A stretch of 48,175 bases of DNA from Dissulfurispiraceae bacterium (GTDB lineage Bacteria; Nitrospirota; Thermodesulfovibrionia; Thermodesulfovibrionales; Dissulfurispiraceae). This document shows positions 35,339 to 43,907 of this stretch, piece after piece. The DNA lies in NCBI GenBank assembly GCA_035506695.1, contig DATJOY010000066.1:1-48175 (forward strand). The letters run 5' to 3'. Numbering within the stretch: the stretch's first letter is position 1; every line of letters begins with the position of its first letter. The notes under the pieces were generated by a model. That model saw nothing but the letters and a program-made list of their open reading frames with translations, made no database searches and was not told the origin of the DNA. Made by a program: the position numbers and the translations under genes.

Positions 35339-35365
35339 ATTAAATACCGATCATATTTTTTAATC

Positions 35366-36442
35366 TCAGTTTTCAGTAACCGGGAGAGGCAAATAAATAC
35401 TGAAGGTTGATCCGTTCTGCAGCGCACTCTTCACCTTGATAATACCACCGTGGTCCTTGATGATCTTTTTGGAAAGTGCGAGGCCGAGGCCGCTTCCTTT
35501 CTCTTTATTAGTATAGAGTGGAAGGAATATCCTTGCAATTTCGTCTCTGCCGAGCCCTATGCCTGTGTCATGAAAATTCACGACCACCCACCGCCGTTTC
35601 TTAGTCCTTTTGCCTCGTTTGGCAGGCCCGGCGCTGTCGTATATTAACACATATTCATTGGAAGGTCTCGTTGAAATTGCAAGCACCCTGTCAGGTGTCC
35701 GTTCCATGGCCTCGACGGCGTTCTTGATAACGTTTATGAAGACCTGCAGAAGCTTGCCTTCATCGCCGGATATATAGGGGAGACTGGGATCATAGGATTT
35801 TTCAATCAAAACTCCGGCCTCAATCATCTCTGATCCCATTACCCTGAGGGCATGTTCAATGACTTCGTGAACATTGAGTTGATGGAATCTCGGAAGCCTT
35901 GTCATGGTGAGATAACCCTGAAGAACGGAATTCAACCGGTCAGCTTCCTTAAGTATCAGGGTTACGCACTCGGCAGACCCTGAATCAGGGGCCATCTTCA
36001 AAAGCTGGGCCGCGCCCTTGATTCCGCTCAGCGGATTTTTTATTTCGTGCGCCAGCGAACCCAGAAGGTACAACAGGTGATCAAATTGGTAGTCTTCACG
36101 CTCGGTGATGGACACATTCTCGCGAAGGCACAGGATCGCCCCTTCGATACTGTCTTCCGAGTAGAAGGGTGATAAGTGCACATCCGCATTTACTATCCTG
36201 CCTACGTCGATCTCCATCTCCTTGCAGTTGTGAAGCCTGCCCTCGCTGAGGGTTTTTTGAAAGAGCATCTCGACATCATCGTTTTCAGGGAAAAAGTAGG
36301 AGATGGGTTTGTTCCGCATTTCCTTCAGGTTTCTGCCGAAAAACTCTTCGCCCTCTTTGTTTATAAAGACAAGCCGGCCCGTGCAGTCAAACAGGCAAAT
36401 GACTTCGTCGAGGTTGTTTATCACGGATTCCAGGGATATCAT
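35366..36442 (-). CDS. PAS-domain sensor histidine kinase (NtrB-like, cytoplasmic)
   Basis: A PAS region is followed by the H-box AHEIKNPLSGIKG and GSGLGLALSKKIIKDHGG. The start is taken at MISLESVINN (36442). The ORF-track start at 36502 would overlap nadD by 56 nt. Confidence 0.88.
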   Translation of the reverse strand: MISLESVINNLDEVICLFDCTGRLVFINKEGEEFFGRNLKEMRNKPISYFFPENDDVEMLFQKTLSEGRLHNCKEMEIDVGRIVNADVHLSPFYSEDSIEGAILCLRENVSITEREDYQFDHLLYLLGSLAHEIKNPLSGIKGAAQLLKMAPDSGSAECVTLILKEADRLNSVLQGYLTMTRLPRFHQLNVHEVIEHALRVMGSEMIEAGVLIEKSYDPSLPYISGDEGKLLQVFINVIKNAVEAMERTPDRVLAISTRPSNEYVLIYDSAGPAKRGKRTKKRRWVVVNFHDTGIGLGRDEIARIFLPLYTNKEKGSGLGLALSKKIIKDHGGIIKVKSALQNGSTFSIYLPLPVTEN

Positions 36443-36446
36443 ATTT

Positions 36447-37085
36447 TTATTCGGAATATAAGTTGTGCGAAAGAAGGTATTGCTCCACGGATTCGGGAAC
36501 AAGGTATTTGATGCTCCTGCCCTCCCTCACGAGCTGTCTTATAGTTGTCGAAGAAATATCAAAGGCGCTCACGGCTGCTATAAAGGCCGTTCGCCCTCCC
36601 CTGAGGCGGCGGGATATGACACCATCCCGAAATTCCGAGACAGCGCTTTCAATGAAAGGGGAGGCATTAAGCTCCTTCACCTCAAATCCCGGCCTTGCAA
36701 CTATGATGAAGTCGATAGAACCGATCACTCTTTCCGGTTCCCGCCAGTTGGGCAAATCCAAAAAGGCATCAAGCCCGAGAATGAAAAAGAGTCGGTCGTC
36801 CGGATATGTGACGCTGAGCCTGTCGATTGTGTCGACTGTATAAGATTTTTCATTTTCCCTCATCTCGATGTCGGATACAAGGAAGTTGACGTTCGTCTGA
36901 GTTGCAAGGCGGGTCATTGCATATCGGCGAGATGCGTCTGCCAGTCCGGAAGCTTTCAGCGGCGGATTGCCGGAGGGCATAAAAATAACCTTGTCGAGGT
37001 CAATCAGATCCCGCACTGCTTCGGCAGCCCGCAAATGGCCAAAGTGGATGGGATTGAAAGTCCCCCCGAAGATTCCGAGCCTCAT
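36447..37085 (-). CDS. nadD: Nicotinate-nucleotide adenylyltransferase
   Basis: 212 aa with MRLGIFGGTFNPIHFGHL and ISSTTIR motifs. Confidence 0.93.
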   Translation of the reverse strand: MRLGIFGGTFNPIHFGHLRAAEAVRDLIDLDKVIFMPSGNPPLKASGLADASRRYAMTRLATQTNVNFLVSDIEMRENEKSYTVDTIDRLSVTYPDDRLFFILGLDAFLDLPNWREPERVIGSIDFIIVARPGFEVKELNASPFIESAVSEFRDGVISRRLRGGRTAFIAAVSAFDISSTTIRQLVREGRSIKYLVPESVEQYLLSHNLYSE

Positions 37086-37195
37086 CAGCGATTCAGGATG
37101 TCGATCTCCGCAATAAAAACGTAATAAGGGCGGCCATCACTTTCAGCACTCATGTATAGGCGATGCCCGCTCTTTTCCGTTCAAACAGCGTACTG

Positions 37196-37474
37196 CTAAA
37201 GCCCCATTTTCCCGAGGGCATCCTCGCCGCGGGTCTTGGCAGCCGGGGCATCTTCCGGCAGATAAAGCATTACGCCGCCCTTTACCGGCCTGATAACTAT
37301 CTTGCTTTCCGAAGCAAGCTGATTGGTTACCTTTATTGGGTCTTCGTTTTCATAATATTTTTTGAAGGCCTCGTTAAATCCGGAATATACCGTATGAATC
37401 CCCTTGTAGCCTTCCTTTCTTAGACTCACGATTGCCTTTTTGATAAAATCCTCATAACTGAGCTTTTCCGGCAT
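37196..37474 (-). CDS. Hypothetical 92-aa protein between proA and nadD
   Basis: It is a clean ORF preceded by an AAAGGAGGA-type SD (aaaaaaggaggatcaatgcaATG on the minus strand). I recognise no motif in it. Confidence 0.6.
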   Translation of the reverse strand: MPEKLSYEDFIKKAIVSLRKEGYKGIHTVYSGFNEAFKKYYENEDPIKVTNQLASESKIVIRPVKGGVMLYLPEDAPAAKTRGEDALGKMGL

Positions 37475-37494
37475 TGCATTGATCCTCCTTTTTT

Positions 37495-38757
37495 TTATTC
37501 CCTGAGTTGCCCGTGCCCAAGGACTACAAACTTGGTACAGGTAAGTTCTTCGAGTCCCATGGGACCGCGAGCATGTATCTTGTCGGTTGAAATGCCGATC
37601 TCGGCACCGAGACCGAACTGATAGCCGTCATTGAGTCGTGTCGAGGCATTCACCAGGACTGCAGCGGAATCGACTTCGCGCAGGAACCTCATAGCCTTGT
37701 CGTAGTCCCTTGTAACAATGGCATCGGAATGGGCCGATCCGTATTTCGCTATATGGGCCATCGCCTCGTCCATGTCCCTAACAATCCGGATATTCAGAAT
37801 GAGATCGAGATACTCTTTATAGAAATCTTCTTGGCTGACTTCTTTCATGGAGGGGAAAAGTTCACGTGTTTTCGGGCAGCCGCGCAGTTCGACCTTCGCA
37901 TTTTCAAATCTGTTCACCATTGCAGGAAGAAATCCCCTGGCCGCTGCTTCGTCGACAAGCATGGTTTCCATCGCATTACAGGTGCCGGGCCTCTGGACCT
38001 TGGCATTGAAGCAGATGTCTTCGGCCATCCCGAGGTCGGCGTCGCGGTCAACGAAGATATGGCAAACACCCTTGTAATGTTTGAGCACAGGTATCCTCGA
38101 ATTCTCGGTAACGGTCCGTATAAGACCTTCACCACCGCGCGGTATGATCAGGTCAACCACCCCTTCGAGCTTGAGCAGTTCCATAATCGCTTCCCGATCG
38201 GGCACATCGATGAAAGAGATAATCCCTTGGTGAAGGTCATCTTTAATTGCAGCATCCCGCATCACACTGACTATCATCCTGTTCGAGTTGATCGCCTCGG
38301 AACCGCCCCTGAGTACCACTGAATTGCCTGCTTTCAGGCATAGACTTGTGGCGTCGGCAGTTACGTTGGGACGTGACTCGTAGATAATCCCGATCACGCC
38401 GATAGGGACTTTCATTCTTCCCACGTCCATGCCGTTAGGCCTCCTGACCATCCTGACGATCTCTCCCACAGGATCGGGCAGTTGAGCAACCTCCAGCAGA
38501 CCTTGCGCCATTTCGGCGACCCTTTTTTCCGTGATGGTCAGCCGGTCTATGAGTGCCTTCGAGAGTCCTTTCTTTTCAGCGAATTCAACATCCTTGCGAT
38601 TTTCCCGGATGAGCTCTGCTGTCCTTTCCTTCAGCGCCGAGGCCATTCTTATCAATGCTCTGTTCTTATGAGCGGAGGATGCCTTTGAGAGACTGCGCGC
38701 CCCCTCTTTCGCTTCGAGCGCCTTTTGCATGACATATTCTTTTATATCCACAATCAA
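37495..38757 (-). CDS. proA: Gamma-glutamyl phosphate reductase
   Basis: It is an aldehyde dehydrogenase-fold protein with ProA-type motifs (PIGVIGIIYESRPNVT, CNAMETMLV, NASTRLNDG). The start is uncertain. The SD CCGGAGG is best spaced for GTG 38751, and ATG 38730 is also possible. Confidence 0.93.
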   Translation of the reverse strand: MIVDIKEYVMQKALEAKEGARSLSKASSAHKNRALIRMASALKERTAELIRENRKDVEFAEKKGLSKALIDRLTITEKRVAEMAQGLLEVAQLPDPVGEIVRMVRRPNGMDVGRMKVPIGVIGIIYESRPNVTADATSLCLKAGNSVVLRGGSEAINSNRMIVSVMRDAAIKDDLHQGIISFIDVPDREAIMELLKLEGVVDLIIPRGGEGLIRTVTENSRIPVLKHYKGVCHIFVDRDADLGMAEDICFNAKVQRPGTCNAMETMLVDEAAARGFLPAMVNRFENAKVELRGCPKTRELFPSMKEVSQEDFYKEYLDLILNIRIVRDMDEAMAHIAKYGSAHSDAIVTRDYDKAMRFLREVDSAAVLVNASTRLNDGYQFGLGAEIGISTDKIHARGPMGLEELTCTKFVVLGHGQLRE

Positions 38758-39013
38758 AAGCCTCCGGATAGGATCAAAACAATCAGTTATAACTTATCCT
38801 AATTTGTACGTAAAATCAACATGTATATTTACGCAGGGTACATTTGGCTGTGTTAAAACTTACGTAATCAATATGAAGCGGTTGAACTGAAGCCGTAGTA
38901 TCTAATATCAAATACCGGTTATTTGGGACCGAATTGTACATTTGATCAACCAGACGTTATTTGTTATAGTGTAAATATTGAGACGATTTTTATCCTAAAT
39001 CCTGGAGGGTTTT

Positions 39014-39196
39014 ATGTCTACACCTGTAGTTGATTTTGATCTTTGCATCGGATGCGGTTCGTGCGTTGAGACCTGTCCGGAGGTGTTCGAACTGAGGGAC
39101 GATAAGGCATGGGTGATCGGCCCCGACAAATGTGACACATGCGATTGCGAAGAGGCCATGAATGTCTGCCCGGTAGAAGCGATCAAGCTTGAATAA
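39014..39196 (+). CDS. fdx: Small 4Fe-4S ferredoxin
   Basis: 60 aa with CIGCGSCVETCP...CDTCDCEEAMNVCP, a monocluster Desulfovibrio/Thermotoga-type ferredoxin pattern. The SD CTGGAGGG lies upstream. Confidence 0.88.
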   Translation: MSTPVVDFDLCIGCGSCVETCPEVFELRDDKAWVIGPDKCDTCDCEEAMNVCPVEAIKLE

Positions 39197-39204
39197 GCAA
39201 TAGA

Positions 39205-39224
39205 GGGCGGCCTTGCGGCCGCCC
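39205..39224. terminator. GC-rich hairpin between convergent fdx and NUDIX genes
   Basis: It is GGGCGGCC-TTGC-GGCCGCCC, a perfect 8-bp stem. The flanking T/A tracts are weak on both strands. Confidence 0.55.
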
Positions 39225-39231
39225 GATAAAT

Positions 39232-39816
39232 TTAAATCCCAATCCGCTGACGCGCAAGCTCTATAAAGCCGTAAATCTTCAGGTCCGCAATGTCCCCTTT
39301 TTTTCGGAACTTTTCAATCGTATCATAAGCCGACGCCAAAGGGGTCTTCACAACTTCGATTTCTTCGGTTTCATCAACAGGGTATTTTTTTATCAGGTCC
39401 GGTGGTGCAGGAAAGGCATCCCTGGCGAGAAAAACGGTGAGTACCTCAGTAGAGAGGCCGGACGATACCGGACCTTCAGCCATGAACTCAAGTCCTTCAC
39501 TGGTATAGCCTGTCTCCTCGATCAATTCACGCCGAGCGGCGTCAACAAGAGTTTCTCCCCTGTCGTTCAGGCCTGCAGGGAATTCGAGTACATAATTATT
39601 CAGCACCGGCCGGAATTGACGGATCAGCAGCAGGTCACCCTGTCGGGTCACGGGGATGATCACCACAATGCCGCTGCAGTTGACCCTTTCGACAGCTTCC
39701 CATCCTCTGATATCGCCCCTGCTATTTTTATATTCAAGCAGGAGCGCCCTTATGAAGTTTCCTTCCCAGACTGTTTTCCTGTTCAATATCTCAAGCGGTT
39801 TTTTCAAAGAGTGCAA
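39232..39816 (-). CDS. NUDIX hydrolase (ADP-ribose pyrophosphatase-like)
   Basis: It carries the Nudix box GLNDRGETLVDAARRELIEETGY. Confidence 0.88.
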   Translation of the reverse strand: MHSLKKPLEILNRKTVWEGNFIRALLLEYKNSRGDIRGWEAVERVNCSGIVVIIPVTRQGDLLLIRQFRPVLNNYVLEFPAGLNDRGETLVDAARRELIEETGYTSEGLEFMAEGPVSSGLSTEVLTVFLARDAFPAPPDLIKKYPVDETEEIEVVKTPLASAYDTIEKFRKKGDIADLKIYGFIELARQRIGI

Positions 39817-39904
39817 TCCTCTAATCCCAATGAATTAAGCAGTGATTTTTATTAATACAGCAGAAATGCAGATTTCGTGCCTCCGCATTATAAGCCAATG
39901 TTAA

Positions 39905-40258
39905 TTATCCAAAAGGTGATCTGAGCTGCCTGCCGCCCAGAAGATGAAAATGGACATGAAATACTGCTTGACCACCCTCGGGATTGCAATTCGTGACCAG
40001 CCTGAACCCTCTTTCAGCTATACCCTTGTCACGAGCAATTCCATTTGCCACCTTGACCATATGCCCGAAAAGATGTAAATCCGGGTCTGTAATATCTAGA
40101 AGTGTCGGGATATGCCGCTTCGGGATAATCAGGGTGTGGACAGGCGCATGGGGATTGACATCCTCAAAGGCGAGAACTAAATCGTCTTCATATACAATTT
40201 TCGAGGGAATTTTATTCTCGATTATCTTACAGAAGATACAATCGTTCATAGGCCTCAT
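39905..40258 (-). CDS. HIT-family (histidine triad) nucleotide-binding protein
   Basis: 117 aa with CIFCKI and HVHFHLLGG (HxHxHxx) motifs. Confidence 0.92.
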   Translation of the reverse strand: MRPMNDCIFCKIIENKIPSKIVYEDDLVLAFEDVNPHAPVHTLIIPKRHIPTLLDITDPDLHLFGHMVKVANGIARDKGIAERGFRLVTNCNPEGGQAVFHVHFHLLGGRQLRSPFG

Positions 40259-40579
40259 TTACTTTTCTATCGTGCGATAAAAACAGGTCCGGTTTCCTGT
40301 GTGACAAGCGCCGACGCCGTGCTGCTTCACTTTGACCAGAAGGGTGTCGGAGTCACAGTCGTACATCACTTCCATCACTTCCTGTACAGCCCCCGATGTT
40401 TCTCCTTTTTTCCAGTACTTCTGTCTGGACCTCGACCAGAAGTGCGTAAACCCTGTTTCTATCGTCTGTTTCAGGGATGTTTCATTCATGTAGGCCATCA
40501 TAAGAACGTCGTTGTTTTCGACATCCTGTATAATGGCCGGGATCAGGCCTTTGTCATCATATTTAAGTTCAGGCAGCAT
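40259..40579 (-). CDS. hisI: Phosphoribosyl-AMP cyclohydrolase
   Basis: 106 aa with GLIPAIIQD...MMAYMN...[17 protein letters not shown]...[11 protein letters not shown]...GVGACHTG. Confidence 0.93.
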   Translation of the reverse strand: MLPELKYDDKGLIPAIIQDVENNDVLMMAYMNETSLKQTIETGFTHFWSRSRQKYWKKGETSGAVQEVMEVMYDCDSDTLLVKVKQHGVGACHTGNRTCFYRTIEK

Positions 40580-40604
40580 CTAACCTCCAGGATTTAAAAA
40601 AAGT

Positions 40605-41087
40605 CTACAACTTATATCCGATTTTTCTGAGAAATTCCTTCCGGTTTTTTCTATCATCATCGCTCTCGACACCTTTGGGTGGAAACCCATCGATAACACC
40701 TATAATACCATTTCCCTGTTCAGTGCTGGCAACGATGACCTCTACCGGATTGGCGGTGGCGCAATAGATTGAGCACACCTCCTGGCAGTTCTTTATCTGG
40801 TTCAGAATATTTATAGGGAATGCGTTCCTGATGAGGACGCAGAATACATGACCGGCACCTACTGCCTGAAGGTTCTTGATGCAGGCATCGACAAGTCCGC
40901 TGTCGTTACCCTCGCTTCTTATCAGGCACGGTCCGGACGCCTCCGTAAAAGCCACTCCGAATTTAGCCTGTGGCACGGCTGCGACAATTATCTCGTAAAG
41001 GTCTTCTGCCGTCTTGATGAAATGGGTCTGTCCAATGATGATATTGCAGTCTTCGGGTGTATCGATTTTTATTGCCCTGATTTCCAT
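40605..41087 (-). CDS. Adenosine-specific kinase family protein (PF04008-like)
   Basis: The start is taken at MEIRAIKI, preceded by AAAGGAGGA. IIGQTHFIKTAEDL...FTEASGPCLIR...GAGHVFCVLIRNAFPINILN...CATANPVEVIVA...FLRKIGYKL matches the archaeal/bacterial 'adenosine specific kinase' family as I recall it. Confidence 0.7.
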   Translation of the reverse strand: MEIRAIKIDTPEDCNIIIGQTHFIKTAEDLYEIIVAAVPQAKFGVAFTEASGPCLIRSEGNDSGLVDACIKNLQAVGAGHVFCVLIRNAFPINILNQIKNCQEVCSIYCATANPVEVIVASTEQGNGIIGVIDGFPPKGVESDDDRKNRKEFLRKIGYKL

Positions 41088-41247
41088 AAATCCTCCTTTG
41101 TTTCGAGTAGCAGCGATATTAAGCGCATTTGTCCTTGCAATTCTAATTGACTGCCCATGCGGCATGCGACCCGAATCCCTCTATTTTGCACTATGCTATA
41201 ATAAAATTTAATTTATTCTTTAATGTCAAGGGGTAAGGCACAAAACT

Positions 41248-41868
41248 GTGATGACGGAACCGGGAAGGATCGCGCATGTCCCAAGGCGCGCACATGCAGT
41301 ACCGCATCGATTCCTGTCCGTTATTATCCTTGTTACTTCATGGGCATTGCTTGTCATCACTGCATGTTTCGCCGCCGAAATATCCGGCGTAGATGTAAGG
41401 CAGGCCAATAACGAACTCATTGTATCCACAACTCTTCAGCCGGACGAAAAACTCATCGAGGACCTGAACAACGGGCTCTCAAAGGAGATCGTATTTTACA
41501 TCGACCTTTTCAGACACTGGAAGTTGTGGCCGGACGAATTTGTGATCGGGCAGAAGATTGTGCGCACTTTGCAGATCGATCCTATCAAGCGTGAGTTTGT
41601 TGGTACGAGCGTAGAGGGGAATGTAAAGATTATTAAAAGGTTTAAAGACCTGAATTCGATGATCGCATGGGCAATAAACATAAGCAATATTAAACTGACT
41701 AATGTCAAGGTGTTGGAGTCTGACGATTATTATGTAAAGGTGACGGCTGAATCAAGACTGAAGCCTTCGGTAATAGGGTATATCATTTTCTTTTTGCCGA
41801 GTAAGGAATTCAGCGTTGTCAGGGATTCTCAGATATTCAGAATACACCCTCCGGAGACGGTTCGATGA
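41248..41868 (+). CDS. DUF4390-domain exported protein
   Basis: A signal/anchor segment is followed by ISGVDVRQANNELIVSTTL...LNNGLSKEIVFYIDLFR...YYVKVTAE. In my recollection this family typically precedes NtrY-type kinases. It has an ATGA overlap with the next gene. Confidence 0.65.
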   Translation: MMTEPGRIAHVPRRAHAVPHRFLSVIILVTSWALLVITACFAAEISGVDVRQANNELIVSTTLQPDEKLIEDLNNGLSKEIVFYIDLFRHWKLWPDEFVIGQKIVRTLQIDPIKREFVGTSVEGNVKIIKRFKDLNSMIAWAINISNIKLTNVKVLESDDYYVKVTAESRLKPSVIGYIIFFLPSKEFSVVRDSQIFRIHPPETVR

Positions 41869-43898
41869 ACATACTCAGACCGCTTGCAATAACCCTGGCA
41901 CTGGTACTCTGCATAGTTGTAATTACGGCGATCCAGATACATTTCATCAAACTTCCAAGCCTGGATATTACTACTCGCATTATACTTACCTGCCTGTTGA
42001 CCTTTAATATCGCAGCGCTTCTTACGCTCATTTTTTTTGTAGGGAAAAATCTTTACCGGCTTTTTATGGACATGCGGTTCAAGGTCCCCGGATACAAATT
42101 CAGGACAAAGCTGGCCGCAATCTTCGTGACCCTTATTATGATCCCCTCACTGTTTCTCTTCGCCGCTGCAAGCGGCCTTGCGACCGATTATTTCAACCGT
42201 ATCTTTTCCCCGCAGATTGGGGAGCCCATCAGCAGATCCATAGAACTGGCACGTGCCTTTTATGATTATGAAAGGGAGCGGATGCTGGGCGCAGCCAGGA
42301 AGGCCGCAAAAGAAGACCCTGTTTCTGAGCCCGGCATGTTCATCAGGAGGCTGCATGCACTACCCCCAGATGCAGATGATGTCCTGAAAGAGGCTTTTGC
42401 CGGCAGGGAAGGGACCGAGATCATTTCCATGCAGGATGGAGACACTGTCAGGGCTGCCGTGCCTGCTGCAAGGGGCGGAGGGGCGGTCGTTGCGGAGACG
42501 GTCATCCCGGCTGCAATAGCAGCGAAGTCCGAAAAACTGCGGGCATTATATGAAGATTATCTCAAACGGGGTCAGCTGAAAAAGCCCCTGAGTCTTACAT
42601 ATATGTTGACCTTGGGTTTTCTGACACTTATCATGGTCTTCAGCGGTTTATGGTTTTCCCTTAAGATATCGAGAGACATAACTATACCTATTCAGGGTCT
42701 CGCCATGGCAACTGAGAAGGTGGCCTCGGGAGACCTTAACGTATCGGTGAAGGTGACGAGCAAAGACGAGATCGGGCTTCTTATCGATTCGTTCAACCAG
42801 ATGGTCGCACAACTCAGAGACAATAAAATATCTCTGGAACATGCGTATCTTGAATCCGACAGGAGAAGGCTCTACCTCGAAAACATCCTCCAAAATATCA
42901 CATCAGGGGTTATATTCCTCGACAAAAGCGGCACAATACTCATGATAAACAAATCAGCATGCAGGATACTTGTTCTGGATGAATCAGCGCTTATCGGCAC
43001 CGATTATCGCAAGCTTATCGATGCGCTCAATTCTGATGACCTTGCCAGGATGATCAGGGACTTGGAAGGGAAAGAGGTAAGGGAACTCAGCCGTGAGGTT
43101 AAAGTAAGCCCCGAGGGCAGGCCCATGATTCTCAGGGTGACCATATCCGGAATCCGCGAATCATACTCGTCATCAGCTGTCGGAATGCTCGTCGTATTCG
43201 ATGATCTCACCGACGTTATCAAAGCGCAGAAGGCCGAGGCATGGCAGGAGGTTGCGCGCCGCATTGCCCATGAGATAAAGAACCCTCTTACGCCGATTAA
43301 ACTGTCGACCGAGAGACTCATAAAGAAATGGGCGAACAAGGACGAGGATTTCGGCACTGTGTTTGAAAAGTCTACCGAGACGATCATAAGCGAGGTCGAA
43401 GGACTCAAGAGGCTGGTGGATATTTTTTCGAAATACGGCAAGATGCCTGAAATAACCAAGGCCCAGGCTGATCCGGTTGACCTGGTAGATTCAGTCATAG
43501 CGCTTTACAAAGGCTACAAGGACATCAAGATCCATGTTGATTTACAGGCCGGGATTCCGAAAATTAATATTGACAGGGAGCAGATAAAAAGGGCACTTGT
43601 GAATATCATCGATAATGCAATCGAGGCAATGAAACACTCAGGCGAACTGAATGTCTCGCTTCGTTCAACCGATCACCATGTTTCTATCGATATCGCAGAT
43701 ACCGGACCGGGCATACCGGATGACGAAAAAGAAAAACTTTTTCTGCCCTATTTCTCGAAGAGAAAGGGTGGGACAGGACTCGGCCTGGCGATTGCCGGCA
43801 AAATTGCGATAGACCATGGAGGGCGTATTACTGTCAGGGACAACCATCCGAAAGGCAGCGTGTTTACTATAGAAATCCCTGCAGGCGAGCAGAGTTAA
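41865..43898 (+). CDS. ntrY: Sensor histidine kinase, NtrY-like (TM-HAMP-PAS-HisKA-HATPase)
   Basis: 677 aa. It has multiple N-terminal TM segments, a HAMP domain (ITIPIQGLAMATEKVASGDLNVSV), a PAS domain, the H-box AHEIKNPLTPIKL and GTGLGLAIAGKIAIDHGG. Confidence 0.8.
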   Translation: MNILRPLAITLALVLCIVVITAIQIHFIKLPSLDITTRIILTCLLTFNIAALLTLIFFVGKNLYRLFMDMRFKVPGYKFRTKLAAIFVTLIMIPSLFLFAAASGLATDYFNRIFSPQIGEPISRSIELARAFYDYERERMLGAARKAAKEDPVSEPGMFIRRLHALPPDADDVLKEAFAGREGTEIISMQDGDTVRAAVPAARGGGAVVAETVIPAAIAAKSEKLRALYEDYLKRGQLKKPLSLTYMLTLGFLTLIMVFSGLWFSLKISRDITIPIQGLAMATEKVASGDLNVSVKVTSKDEIGLLIDSFNQMVAQLRDNKISLEHAYLESDRRRLYLENILQNITSGVIFLDKSGTILMINKSACRILVLDESALIGTDYRKLIDALNSDDLARMIRDLEGKEVRELSREVKVSPEGRPMILRVTISGIRESYSSSAVGMLVVFDDLTDVIKAQKAEAWQEVARRIAHEIKNPLTPIKLSTERLIKKWANKDEDFGTVFEKSTETIISEVEGLKRLVDIFSKYGKMPEITKAQADPVDLVDSVIALYKGYKDIKIHVDLQAGIPKINIDREQIKRALVNIIDNAIEAMKHSGELNVSLRSTDHHVSIDIADTGPGIPDDEKEKLFLPYFSKRKGGTGLGLAIAGKIAIDHGGRITVRDNHPKGSVFTIEIPAGEQS

Positions 43899-43907
43899 GG
43901 AGAAGAA

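Noticed and set aside
37085-37153. 22-codon ORF (MSAESDGRPYYVFIAEIDILNR) whose TGA overlaps the nadD ATG (TGATG)
   Set aside because: I could not find an SD within a reasonable distance, the composition is not informative, and NadD has a complete canonical N-terminus. The evidence is too weak to call.
38924-38938. TGGGAC-N4-TTGTA near-match to a sigma-54 -24/-12 promoter upstream of the ferredoxin gene. TGGCACGTGCCTTTT at about 42249 lies inside ntrY.
   Set aside because: The GG-to-TTG spacing in the first is one nt short and GC is replaced by GT. The second lies inside a coding region and lacks the TTGC element. Sigma-54 promoters are strict on spacing.
40256-40261. hisI and the HIT gene (and also rpsF/ssb at 33449-33454) are exactly contiguous in the same frame. 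I considered stop-codon read-through or selenocysteine recoding because selB is present.
   Set aside because: Both intervening stops are TAA, not TGA, and each downstream gene has its own ATG and a normal N-terminus. This is simple tight packing.
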